Positions 17,778-27,212 of a stretch of DNA of 64,000 nucleotides are shown in pieces (position 1 is the first letter of the stretch; each line of letters begins with the position of its first letter). The notes beneath the pieces were generated by a model. That model was not told the origin of the DNA and did no database searches. It saw only the letters and a list, made by a program, of their open reading frames with translations. Origin of the DNA: an uncultured Lachnospiraceae bacterium (lineage in GTDB: Bacteria; Bacillota; Clostridia; Oscillospirales; CAG-272); the NCBI GenBank assembly GCA_964562175.1, contig CAZLRV010000003.1:15001-79000 (forward strand), in the 5' to 3' direction. Made by a program: the position numbers and the translations under genes.

Positions 17778-19369
17778 TCAAGCTCGTCTATCAATTTGTA
17801 TCTGCCGTCATCCTCACATGGCTTTTGTGACAGCTCTATGCTTGAGGTGTCGTACTTGCCGTCCGTAGCCGTGCAAATGCAGGCAACTATGTTTTCCCTG
17901 CTCATTTCCGCTATCTTCAGCGTTATTGGCGAGGATAAGAACACGAAAAGCTTGCCCTGCCCCTCATACGCACAAGAGTCTGTCAGATACATACTGCTTG
18001 CCGGAGATGCGGATATCAGCTTTTGCGATATATCCGCCCATTTTTTGAAGCTCTTAAGCTCCGTACTCGTATTTCTTTTTTCCTCTGCACCCAACTCGGT
18101 AATCGCTCTCACCTCGGGCGGCTTTTTTTCGTCATTTGTCACTGCAGCCGACTTTTCTTCGGGCTTTTTCTCCTCATCTTCATTCGGCAAAAAGCATTCC
18201 GTGCTTGCTCCTTTGAGCTTCAGTGCCGAATATCTGTCCTCAAGACGTGATACTCTGTCACCGAGTGCTTCAAGGCTCAATTCAAGCGAGGGATCGCAGA
18301 GTCTTATCAATGCAAGCTCCGAGGCATTCTTCTTGAGTGAGGGATTTTTTTGCATAAAAGCGAGCGTTTCATTCAAAACACTTATATGATAAAGTATTCG
18401 CTCCTTTGTAAATCTCACCGATATGCTCTTTAAGTCATTGGCTTGCGCCGGTGTACATTCGATATGCTCGGCGTAATTCTCCACGCATTTGCAAACGAGC
18501 ATATCACGGTAAAAGCCTATAAGCTCACCCCAAAATACGTTAAGCTCCTGTGAGGAAGCGTACATCTGCCCTATGCATTTAAATATCCCACTCATATTGC
18601 ACTCGCTTATGGCACGCACTATTTCAAGAAGCTGATCGAATGCGGTAACGCCGAAAAGTGACGAGGCGACCTTTGCCGTTATCCTCTCTCGGCTGTCCAT
18701 ACAAAGCTCAAGATATACCAACGCATCGCGCATACCGCCCTGTGCCAGCTTTGCTATGACGAATAATGCATCATCATCTATGTCGATCCCCTCACAGTCG
18801 GCAACGTAGCGCAGCCTCTTGCAAATAACGGAATTTGTCAAGCGATTGAAATCATATCTTTGACATCTTGATATTATCGTTGCGGGAAGCTTATTCAGCT
18901 CCGTTGTCGCAAGTATGAAAATAACGTGTTCCGGCGGTTCTTCAAGTGTTTTGAGCAGTGCGTTAAATGCCGATGCAGACATCATATGCACCTCGTCGAT
19001 TATATAAACACGCTTTTTCAGCTCCGATGGCGTATATATAAGCTCGTCGATAAGCTCACGAACATCGCCGACACCGTTGTTGCTTGCCGCATCCATCTCA
19101 ACGATATCGGTATTGAGTCCGCTCTGCATTATCCTGCACGCCTCGCACTCGCCGCACGGATTTCCGTCCTTCGGGCTTAGGCAATTCACCGCACGTGCGA
19201 GTATCTTCGCACACGTTGTCTTGCCCGTTCCTCTCGTTCCGCAAAACAGATATGCGTGAGCCGTCTTGCCTGTTTTTATCTGATTTTTAAGTATTGCGAT
19301 TATCTCATCACGTCCGCAGACCTCTTCAAAGGTTGCGGGTCTGTATTTTCTGTATAAAGACCTGTACAC
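17774..19369 (-). CDS. dnaX: DNA polymerase III subunit gamma/tau
   Basis: 531 aa with a GTG start behind a GAGGTG RBS, Walker A GTRGTGKTT, zinc motif CGECEAC and DEVHM. Confidence 0.95.
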   Translation of the reverse strand: MYRSLYRKYRPATFEEVCGRDEIIAILKNQIKTGKTAHAYLFCGTRGTGKTTCAKILARAVNCLSPKDGNPCGECEACRIMQSGLNTDIVEMDAASNNGVGDVRELIDELIYTPSELKKRVYIIDEVHMMSASAFNALLKTLEEPPEHVIFILATTELNKLPATIISRCQRYDFNRLTNSVICKRLRYVADCEGIDIDDDALFVIAKLAQGGMRDALVYLELCMDSRERITAKVASSLFGVTAFDQLLEIVRAISECNMSGIFKCIGQMYASSQELNVFWGELIGFYRDMLVCKCVENYAEHIECTPAQANDLKSISVRFTKERILYHISVLNETLAFMQKNPSLKKNASELALIRLCDPSLELSLEALGDRVSRLEDRYSALKLKGASTECFLPNEDEEKKPEEKSAAVTNDEKKPPEVRAITELGAEEKRNTSTELKSFKKWADISQKLISASPASSMYLTDSCAYEGQGKLFVFLSSPITLKIAEMSRENIVACICTATDGKYDTSSIELSQKPCEDDGRYKLIDELE

Positions 19370-19390
19370 ACTTTCACCTCAAATAAAGAA

Positions 19391-19697
19391 AAGCAAGCTA
19401 CGAAATAAGACCATACACCGTCAGATCGAAATACGTCTATACGCGTGATCCAACAAACCGACTCGGAGCAAGCACCCTTACAACACATCGATAATTCCGC
19501 TTAATGCTGCTTGGTTCCCCACCTGACATGGTTCACGGACATCAATTGCGTAAGACTCGCTCTTCAACACCGATAAAAATGGTACAGACCGTACAGGCGT
19601 AAGCCTCAAAGACGGGATTACTCCCTGCTATAGCGGATTGCAGGTGCAGGACACCGCTACCTCCCCGATTAGTATGGCCTTATTTCATAGCTCGCTT
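19391..19697 (-). ncRNA. ffs: SRP RNA, large Bacillus type, including a flanking 26-bp precursor stem
   Basis: The minus strand reads aatcggggaggtagcggtgtcctgcacctgcaatccgctatagcaggg, close to my recollection of the B. subtilis scRNA 5' Alu domain. It also reads gtcaggtggggaaccaagcagc, which matches domain IV GUCAGGUCCGGAAGGAAGCAGC. Location upstream of dnaX matches Bacillus. The mature RNA is probably about 19417-19671. Confidence 0.85.
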
Positions 19698-19701
19698 TAT
19701 T

Positions 19702-19730
19702 ATTCTATCACAAAATTCCGAAAAAATCAA
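19702..19730 (-). promoter_or_regulatory. sigma-A-type promoter for SRP RNA (and possibly dnaX)
   Basis: On the minus strand: TTGATT (19730-19725), 17-nt spacer, TAGAAT (19707-19702). The predicted TSS coincides with the start of the flanking stem. Confidence 0.6.
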
Positions 19731-19766
19731 TAGCTAAATCGAATATTCTCGCAATTTTTATTTTTT

Positions 19767-20201
19767 TTACAGAGAATACACTTCTTTTTCATCAAGTACG
19801 TAAACGCCGTTTTCGGAGAGTACCTCACCGGCTCTGTCAACGTCTGCCGTGCTGATTATCAAGCAAGCGTATTTTCGGTCATTCGGAGTAAGAAATGCGT
19901 ACATATACTCAACCCCTATCCCCGCATCGGCGAGTATCTGCATTGCCGAGGAAAATGAGCCGGGCTTATCCTCTATCTTGACGGCAAGCACGTCCGTCAG
20001 AGCGGTCATGAGAAGCGATGCCTTGCATATCTCCTTTGCTTGCTCGGGCTTATCGACAATAACACGCAGAATGCCAAAATCCGTCGTATCCGCTATTGAC
20101 AAGGCGCGTATATTAACGCCGCCGTCACCGAGTATCCTCGATATCTCGGCAATTCTGCCCGATTTGTTTTCAACGAAAACGGAAAGCTGTTTTACAGACA
20201 T
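19767..20201 (-). CDS. tandem ACT-domain protein
   Basis: 144 aa with two ACT-like repeats (VFVENKSGRIAEISRILGDGGVNIRALS and KIEDKPGSFSSAMQILADAGIGVEYMYAF). It is the last gene of the paaK-iorAB cluster. Confidence 0.8.
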   Translation of the reverse strand: MSVKQLSVFVENKSGRIAEISRILGDGGVNIRALSIADTTDFGILRVIVDKPEQAKEICKASLLMTALTDVLAVKIEDKPGSFSSAMQILADAGIGVEYMYAFLTPNDRKYACLIISTADVDRAGEVLSENGVYVLDEKEVYSL

Positions 20202-20210
20202 GGCACACCC

Positions 20211-20780
20211 TCACGCATTATAACCAAGCTCAAAGGCTTTTTCGTTCATCTCAATTGTCTTTTGCGGAACAGATTCGTCCAAGGCTCTGAGCCAAATATC
20301 CTTGCTTATGTCAAGCTGTTTTGCCGCCGTGGCAAGCAATACAAGATTAACGCACTTTGCCGAGCCTGCACGTTCAGCCAAAGAAAGCGCATCGACCGAT
20401 ATGACCTTTATACCGAGTGAGCTTATTTTTTCGATAATGCCTTCGGGATATACCGCCTTTTTCGATATGACGGGCATGGGGTCTATCTGCTGTGTATTCG
20501 TTATAAGCACACCGTCCTTTTTAAGATATGACAACCACCTTGCACTCTCAAGCTCTTCAAACGAGATTATCATATCCGCCTCGCCCTCGTTTATGACGGG
20601 AGAATATACACGCTCACCGTATCTTACATACGTAACAACGGAGCCGCCGCGCTGTGACATGCCGTGTACCTCGCTGACCTTTACGTCATATCCGCATTCG
20701 GTAAACGCCTTACCCATTATTTTCGATGCCAAAAGCGTACCTTGACCGCCGACACCGACTATAAGTATATTTTTTACCAT
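20211..20780 (-). CDS. iorB: indolepyruvate:ferredoxin oxidoreductase subunit beta
   Basis: Start moved to MVKNILIVGVGGQGTLLAS (20780), 4 nt after the iorA stop. The N-terminus is typical of IorB and gamma-type 2-oxoacid oxidoreductase subunits. Confidence 0.85.
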   Translation of the reverse strand: MVKNILIVGVGGQGTLLASKIMGKAFTECGYDVKVSEVHGMSQRGGSVVTYVRYGERVYSPVINEGEADMIISFEELESARWLSYLKKDGVLITNTQQIDPMPVISKKAVYPEGIIEKISSLGIKVISVDALSLAERAGSAKCVNLVLLATAAKQLDISKDIWLRALDESVPQKTIEMNEKAFELGYNA

Positions 20781-20784
20781 TTTA

Positions 20785-22539
20785 TCAGACCTCACATTCT
20801 CCCGTAATGGCATCCTTTGCACAGGCGTATGTACATACTCCGCATCCGACGCATTGATTATTATCTATCACCGCATAGCCTCTGCCGTTATTCTCCTTGC
20901 CCTTTACCGAAATTGCGGGACATCCAACAGACAGACATGAGCTGCAGCCTATGCATTTTTTCGTATCGACAGCAAGAGGCTTTTTATGTACAACGCCCTT
21001 GAGCAACGCACACGGACGGCGTGAAATTATAAGCGATACCTCTTTTTCCGCAAGCTCACGCTCTACCGTTTCACGAACCTGTTTTACGTTAAGCGGATCG
21101 ACAACGCTTATCCTCTTAATGCCTATGGAGCGTGCCAGAGCCTCAATGTCTATGCTCGTCGTAGGCTCGTTCTTTATCGTATAGCCGTTGCAAGGATTGT
21201 TTTGATGTCCCGTCATGCCCGTGATCGAGTTATCAAGCACAACAACCGTTGAAAAGCCCTTGTTGTAAACTATATCCACAAGACCCGTAATACCCGAATG
21301 GGCAAACGTCGAATCGCCTATTACCGCAAGCGACTTGTTCTCTCTGCCCGTTGCGAGGTTAAAGCCGTGAAGTCCCGACACGGATGCACCCATACAAACG
21401 CATGAATCTATTGCACAAAGAGGTTGAGCCGCACCGAGCGTATAGCAACCAATATCGCCGCTTACGAACAAATTCAGCTTCTTTATTGCGTAATAGAAGC
21501 CTCTGTGAGGACAGCCGGCGCAAAGCACCGGAGGACGTGCGGGTATATCGTCGGGATATCTCACACATTCGGGAAGTGCCATACCGAGCTTTTCTTTTAT
21601 AAGCTGTTGGCTGTATTCGCCAAGCGGCGGGAATATCTGCCGTCCGATAACATTTATACCGTTTGCAAGGCAATGCTGTTCGATTATATTGTCAAGCTCC
21701 TCGATAACGTATACAACACGCTTGCCCTCGGCAAATTTCTTTATAAGCTCAACGGGCAGGGGATTTACCATACCGAGCTTTAGGTAATCGGCTTTATCGC
21801 CCAGTGCCTCGCGTGAATATACGTAGGTCGAGCCTGCACATATGATACCGATATCCGAGCCGTTATCCTCGATGCGGTTTATCTCGCAGTTCTCGGCATA
21901 CCGCGTAAGCCTTTGCATTCTCTGCTCGACAAACACGTGGCGAGCCTTTGCCATAGCCGGCATCATTACGTTTTTGGGTATGTTTTTTTCGTATTTTTTG
22001 TTTTCTGTCTCAACTCTCGGCGAGGTTGAAACGAGCGAACGGGAATGCGATATACGCGTTGACAGCCGCAGAAGCACCGGCGTGTCGTATTCCTCACTCA
22101 GCTCATAGGCAAGCTTTGTGAAGCTAAGACACTCCTCGCTGTCGCTCACCTCAAGCATCGGAACTTTCGATGCTATGGCATGACGGCGTGAATCCTGCTC
22201 GTTCTGACTTGAATGCATACCGGGGTCATCTGCTACCGCACAGACCATACCGCCGTTTACGCCGATATAAGAAGCTGTATACAGCGGATCGGCGGCAACA
22301 TTCAAGCCGACGTGCTTCATTGCACAGAACGACCTCGCACCGCCCATCGCCGCACCGAATGCGACTTCAAACGCCACCTTTTCGTTAGGTGCCCACTCCG
22401 AATATATTTCGGGCATTTTGCTTACCGTTTCCGTTATTTCGGTAGAGGGAGTGCCGGGATATGCGGATACCACCTTGACGCCCGCTTCATAAAGTCCGCG
22501 TGCTACTGCCTCGTTTCCCAAAAGAAGTGTTTTCTTCAT
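20785..22539 (-). CDS. iorA: indolepyruvate:ferredoxin oxidoreductase subunit alpha
   Basis: 584 aa with a TPP-binding region (GDSTFAHSG) and two C-terminal 4Fe-4S ferredoxin motifs (CIGCSSCLSVGCP, CVGCGVCTYAC). Confidence 0.9.
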   Translation of the reverse strand: MKKTLLLGNEAVARGLYEAGVKVVSAYPGTPSTEITETVSKMPEIYSEWAPNEKVAFEVAFGAAMGGARSFCAMKHVGLNVAADPLYTASYIGVNGGMVCAVADDPGMHSSQNEQDSRRHAIASKVPMLEVSDSEECLSFTKLAYELSEEYDTPVLLRLSTRISHSRSLVSTSPRVETENKKYEKNIPKNVMMPAMAKARHVFVEQRMQRLTRYAENCEINRIEDNGSDIGIICAGSTYVYSREALGDKADYLKLGMVNPLPVELIKKFAEGKRVVYVIEELDNIIEQHCLANGINVIGRQIFPPLGEYSQQLIKEKLGMALPECVRYPDDIPARPPVLCAGCPHRGFYYAIKKLNLFVSGDIGCYTLGAAQPLCAIDSCVCMGASVSGLHGFNLATGRENKSLAVIGDSTFAHSGITGLVDIVYNKGFSTVVVLDNSITGMTGHQNNPCNGYTIKNEPTTSIDIEALARSIGIKRISVVDPLNVKQVRETVERELAEKEVSLIISRRPCALLKGVVHKKPLAVDTKKCIGCSSCLSVGCPAISVKGKENNGRGYAVIDNNQCVGCGVCTYACAKDAITGECEV

Positions 22540-22549
22540 ATTGGCTCCT

Positions 22550-23875
22550 TTACTTTGTTTCGTTTCTCAAATCAATTATACGCTTTGCCTTACCCGAAAA
22601 TCTTTCGATAGATCTCGGCTCAAGAAACGTGACCTTTATATCTATACCGAGTATCGCCCTGATCTTGCCGTATATCTTGCGTTGCAGTGCTTCAAGCTCA
22701 CCGTATCTGTCAAGCAATGTGCTGTCATTAAGCTCTACACGCACCTCAAGCGAATCGGAATTGTTTGCACGGCGTACAACGAGCTGATAGTGCGGAGCAA
22801 TTTTCTCCATTCCTATCAATGCACTCTCTATCTGCGTCGGGAATACGTTTACGCCTCTTATTTTCAGCATATCGTCCGATCTGCCTATTATCTTGCTCAT
22901 TCTTGCCGAGGTTCGTCCGCAACGGCACGCATCGTAGTTTATATTTGTAATGTCACGTGTTCTGTATCTCAGCATCGGAATGCCTTTTTTTGTAAGATTT
23001 GTAACGACAAGCTCACCCGTTGAGCCTTTCGGTAACACCTCGCCGCTCTGCGAGTCGATTATCTCACACAGGAAATGATCCTCGCATATGTGCAGACCCT
23101 GTCTGTATACGCATTCTCCGCTCATTCCCGGACCGTTCAGCTCGCTCATTCCGTAATTATCCGTACAGAAGAAGCCGTTGCCCCAGCGTGCTTCAATTTC
23201 GGAACGCATCTGCTCCGTACAGCCCTCACTGCCGAGCAAGCCGAGCTTGAGCTTATACATCTCAAGCGGAAACTCCTCTTGTCTTTCGTGAGCCGCCTCG
23301 GCTAAATACATACAGTAAGATGGCGTTGCGACTATCGTATCTGTGCCGAAATCACGCATGAATTTAAGCTGCTTTTCGGTATTACCGCTTGAGGTCGGAA
23401 CTACCGTCGCACCTATTCTTTCGAGTCCGTAATGAAGTCCCAAGGCTCCGGTAAACATTCCGTAGCCGAAGCATATTTGCACGACGCTGTCCTCGCTTGC
23501 ACCTGCCGCAACGCATTGGCGTGCGACCTGCTCCGTCCAGTTTTCAAGGTCCTCTCTCGTATATCCGACGACTGTCGGGTTTCCCGTCGTTCCCGATGAA
23601 GCGTGTATTCTGACAAGCTCCTTTTTCGGCACGGAAAACATTCCGAAAGGATATGTATCACGCAGATCCGCCTTTGTTGTGTAAGGAATGTACCGCACGT
23701 CCTCAAGCGTTTTTATCTTATCCGCCGTAACGTGCGCCTCGTCAAGTCGCTTGCGATAAAACGGCACATTGTTATAGCAATAATCAACTATATATTTCAG
23801 CCTTTGCAGCTGTAGAGCTTCCATGTCGGAGCGTTTCATACACTCCATTTCTTTGTTGAAAATATTGACCTTCAT
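22550..23875 (-). CDS. paaK: phenylacetate--CoA ligase (arylacetate-CoA ligase family)
   Basis: 441 aa with the adenylation motif SSGTTGNPTV and a PaaK-type short C-terminal domain. Confidence 0.85.
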   Translation of the reverse strand: MKVNIFNKEMECMKRSDMEALQLQRLKYIVDYCYNNVPFYRKRLDEAHVTADKIKTLEDVRYIPYTTKADLRDTYPFGMFSVPKKELVRIHASSGTTGNPTVVGYTREDLENWTEQVARQCVAAGASEDSVVQICFGYGMFTGALGLHYGLERIGATVVPTSSGNTEKQLKFMRDFGTDTIVATPSYCMYLAEAAHERQEEFPLEMYKLKLGLLGSEGCTEQMRSEIEARWGNGFFCTDNYGMSELNGPGMSGECVYRQGLHICEDHFLCEIIDSQSGEVLPKGSTGELVVTNLTKKGIPMLRYRTRDITNINYDACRCGRTSARMSKIIGRSDDMLKIRGVNVFPTQIESALIGMEKIAPHYQLVVRRANNSDSLEVRVELNDSTLLDRYGELEALQRKIYGKIRAILGIDIKVTFLEPRSIERFSGKAKRIIDLRNETK

Positions 23876-23885
23876 TTCGCTCCCG

Positions 23886-25673
23886 TTATTGTGTATTCTT
23901 TAGGCTCAAGCCCAGCTCGTCAAGTGCATTGGGGTCGGGATAGGACGGACAGGAGGACATAGGCTCAGATGCATTTTGAACCTTCGGAAATGCTATTACA
24001 TCACGCAACGAATCCGCCTCGCACATTATCATAGCAAGTCTGTCAAGACCTATACCGGCACCGCCGTGAGGGGGTGCGCCGTACTTATACGCATCAACAA
24101 GAAAGCCGAATTTCGCGTCGATTTCCTCTTTGGTAAGACCGAGCAGAGTGAACATTCTCTGCTGCAGCTCATAATCCGTAATTCTTATTGAGCCTGACAA
24201 AAGCTCCGTTCCGTTCAATACGAGGTCGTATGCCTTTGCACGAACAAGCTCGGGATTAGTGTCGAGATAGTCAAGGCACTCGTCAAGCACCATTGTAAAG
24301 GGATGATGCATTGCCATCCAGCTTTGGCTGTCCTCGTCCCACTCAAAGAACGGAAACTCCGTTATCCACAAGAAATTATGACCGACAAGCTCATATTTCA
24401 AATGCTTTGCGAGATAAGTACGCAAATAACCGAGAGTCGGAAGCGTTATCTTATTCTTGTCGGCTACGATAAATGCGCAGTCTCCTCTCTCGCAGCCGAG
24501 TGCGGCGAGGATCTGCTTAAGCTTATCTTCGGATATGAATTTTGCAAACGAGCAGCTCGGTGTTTCGTCAACGTAACGAACATAAGCAAGACCGCCTGCG
24601 CCTATTCCCTTTACAACCTCCGTCAGCTTGTCTATCTCTTTTCTCGAAAGTGTCTTTGCCGCTCCCTTTGCGACGATACCTCTTACCGAGCCGCCGGATG
24701 AAATTGCTTTTTCAAACACCGAGAAGCCGCAATCGGATACTATTTCGGATATATCGGTAATTTCCATGCCGAAACGCGTATCGGGCTTATCCGAGCCGTA
24801 TCTGTTCATTGCCTCGTTATATGTCATACGTTGTATCGGAAGCGTGACTTCTTTACCGAGTACCTCCGAAAACAGACGTGAAATGAAGCCCTCGACGGTG
24901 TTCATTATATCCTCTTGGTCAACAAACGACATTTCAAGGTCTATTTGTGTAAATTCGGGCTGTCTGTCCGCTCTCAAGTCCTCATCTCTGAAGCAACGTG
25001 CGATCTGTATATATTTATCAAAGCCCGAAAGCATGAGAAGCTGCTTGTATATCTGCGGTGACTGCGGCAGGGCGTAAAACTTGCCGTTCTGTATTCTTGA
25101 CGGTACAAGATAATCTCTTGCTCCCTCCGGTGTCGGCTTCATCAGCATGGGCGTTTCTATCTCGTAAAAGCCGTTTTCGTAAAAATATTCTCTTGCCACT
25201 CTCGCAATTTCATGACGCATTTTTATGTTTTTTTGCAAACGACTGCGGCGAAGGTCGAGATATCTGTATTTCAAAAGCGTTTCATCGTGTACATTTGCAT
25301 TGTCGTTTATCTCAAACGGAGTTGTATGTGCGGCGGAAAGTATCTTAAAGCTCTCACATCTTATCTCAACACCGCCCGTTTTCATTTTCTTGTTTATCGC
25401 ACCCTCCGCGCGCTTGCAAACAGTTCCCTTTGCGGAAATAACATATTCCGAGCGTAGCGTAAACGCTTTGTCGAATACGTCACGAGGCGTATTATCATCA
25501 AAAGAAAGCTGTACTATTCCCTCTCTGTCACGCAGATCGACGAATATAAGACCGCCGAGATCTCGCACTCTCTGTACCCAACCGCACACGCACACCTCCG
25601 TGCCGATATTAGACTCATCTATAAGACCGCAATAATGCGTTCTTTTATCTTCTTTGGTAAACAATTCTGCCAT
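23886..25673 (-). CDS. aspS: aspartate--tRNA ligase
   Basis: Class IIb aaRS with an OB-fold N-terminus, FRDEDLRADRQPEFTQ, and GGAGIGLDR. The start at MAELF (25673) has a GGAG RBS, while the track start 25694 has none. Confidence 0.95.
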   Translation of the reverse strand: MAELFTKEDKRTHYCGLIDESNIGTEVCVCGWVQRVRDLGGLIFVDLRDREGIVQLSFDDNTPRDVFDKAFTLRSEYVISAKGTVCKRAEGAINKKMKTGGVEIRCESFKILSAAHTTPFEINDNANVHDETLLKYRYLDLRRSRLQKNIKMRHEIARVAREYFYENGFYEIETPMLMKPTPEGARDYLVPSRIQNGKFYALPQSPQIYKQLLMLSGFDKYIQIARCFRDEDLRADRQPEFTQIDLEMSFVDQEDIMNTVEGFISRLFSEVLGKEVTLPIQRMTYNEAMNRYGSDKPDTRFGMEITDISEIVSDCGFSVFEKAISSGGSVRGIVAKGAAKTLSRKEIDKLTEVVKGIGAGGLAYVRYVDETPSCSFAKFISEDKLKQILAALGCERGDCAFIVADKNKITLPTLGYLRTYLAKHLKYELVGHNFLWITEFPFFEWDEDSQSWMAMHHPFTMVLDECLDYLDTNPELVRAKAYDLVLNGTELLSGSIRITDYELQQRMFTLLGLTKEEIDAKFGFLVDAYKYGAPPHGGAGIGLDRLAMIMCEADSLRDVIAFPKVQNASEPMSSCPSYPDPNALDELGLSLKNTQ

Positions 25674-25690
25674 TTTCAAAAACTCCAATC

Positions 25691-26986
25691 TCATTTATGA
25701 GATATACGTACCTCATTTATTTTTTTCATTATTTCAACGCAATCGCCAAGCACAATTTCCTTTTGCTCGCCGTTTTCCATATTTCTCAGCATTGCCGAAC
25801 CGCTCTCCAGCTCCGAATCGCCCAAAATAAGCGTGTACTTGCATTTTATCTTATCCGCATACTTCATTTGAGCCTTGAGGCTTCGTCCGACGATATCACC
25901 CTCGGCACGTATACCCGCATCGATGAGCTTTTTAACTATTCCGAGCGAGCGAACACGTGCATTCTCACCGAGCGATGCTACATATAAAAGCACCTCCGGC
26001 TCACCGGGGATCTCAACACCGGACAGCTTCATTGCCGTAATAAGTCTTGATATACCCATGGCAAAGCCTATTCCCGACAGCTGAGGGCCGCCTATCTCCT
26101 TGACAAGTCCGTCATATCGACCGCCGCCGCCAAGTGCAAGGCGTTTTTCCGTACCGTCCTTATCAGGCTCTGCCGGACCGGTCAATTCAAATACCGTCTT
26201 TGTATAGTAGTCGAGTCCGCGAACGATACCCGTGTCTATTCTGTACTCAATGCCCATTTCGTCAAGTGCTTTTTTGACTCCCTCCATATGCTCCGAGCAT
26301 TCCTCACACAAATAATCGAGCGTAACGGGTGCAGATGCCGCAAGCTCGGCGCATTCGGGACATTTGCAGTCAAGTATACGAAGCGGATTCGTTACAAGTC
26401 TGCCTCTGCACGTGTCGCAAAGACTGTCCTCATATTGCTTGAAGTAATCGACAAGTGCTTTTTTGTAAAGCGGTCTGCATTTCGGACAGCCGATAGAGTT
26501 GATATCGAGTGAAACATTATCTATTTCAAGTGCCTTGACAAGGTCAAAAGCAAGTGCAATTACAAGAGCATCGGACGAAGGTGTATTAGCACCGAACATT
26601 TCAACACCGTATTGATAAAACTCACGGTATCGACCCGATGCGGGCTTTTCGTATCTGAAGCAGCTTATAAGATAGTACAGCTTAAGCGGCATCGTATCGG
26701 AGCATTTTCCGTTTTCGACAATGCTTCTCGCAATACAAGCCGTACCCTCCGGACGCAGTGTCATCGAACGGTTATCCTTATCGAAAAATGTGTACATTTC
26801 CTTTTGCACAACGTCTGTCGTGTCGCCCACACCGCGGGCAAACAGCTCTGTTTGCTCAAAGGTGGGAAATCTTATCTCGCCGAAGCCGTAACGCTGTGAT
26901 ATTTCCCTCGCCTTTGCCTCAACGTATTGCCAAGCTCCGACCTGCTGTGGCAATATATCCATAGTACCTCTCGGCTTAATTATCAT
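25691..26986 (-). CDS. hisS: histidine--tRNA ligase
   Basis: 431 aa with the pattern PRGTMDILP...MYTF.D....LTLRPEGT...RYEKPQ-like...GGGRYDGL. Confidence 0.95.
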   Translation of the reverse strand: MIIKPRGTMDILPQQVGAWQYVEAKAREISQRYGFGEIRFPTFEQTELFARGVGDTTDVVQKEMYTFFDKDNRSMTLRPEGTACIARSIVENGKCSDTMPLKLYYLISCFRYEKPASGRYREFYQYGVEMFGANTPSSDALVIALAFDLVKALEIDNVSLDINSIGCPKCRPLYKKALVDYFKQYEDSLCDTCRGRLVTNPLRILDCKCPECAELAASAPVTLDYLCEECSEHMEGVKKALDEMGIEYRIDTGIVRGLDYYTKTVFELTGPAEPDKDGTEKRLALGGGGRYDGLVKEIGGPQLSGIGFAMGISRLITAMKLSGVEIPGEPEVLLYVASLGENARVRSLGIVKKLIDAGIRAEGDIVGRSLKAQMKYADKIKCKYTLILGDSELESGSAMLRNMENGEQKEIVLGDCVEIMKKINEVRISHK

Positions 26987-27212
26987 ATTTTTCTCCTTAC
27001 CGCCCTACGGGCATTATCAGGTGTTATTTTACAATATACAGATATTTATATTATATCAAATATAACTTAAAAATGCAATAGCAAATCTTAAATTTTACGC
27101 TATTCTCTCAAATTATTTTGTCATTTTATATCATATAAAAGATTTTATTGATTTATTCACATTATTGTGGTAACATTTAGATATATAGTTTATCCGTTGT
27201 TAGGGAGAAAAA

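Noticed and set aside
26987-27212. Expected T-box riboswitch leader upstream of hisS-aspS
   Set aside because: I read the minus strand of the whole spacer. It is AT-rich, has no T-box consensus (AGGGTGGNACCGCG-like) and no terminator/antiterminator pair. I found only a promoter-like region and a short 5' UTR.
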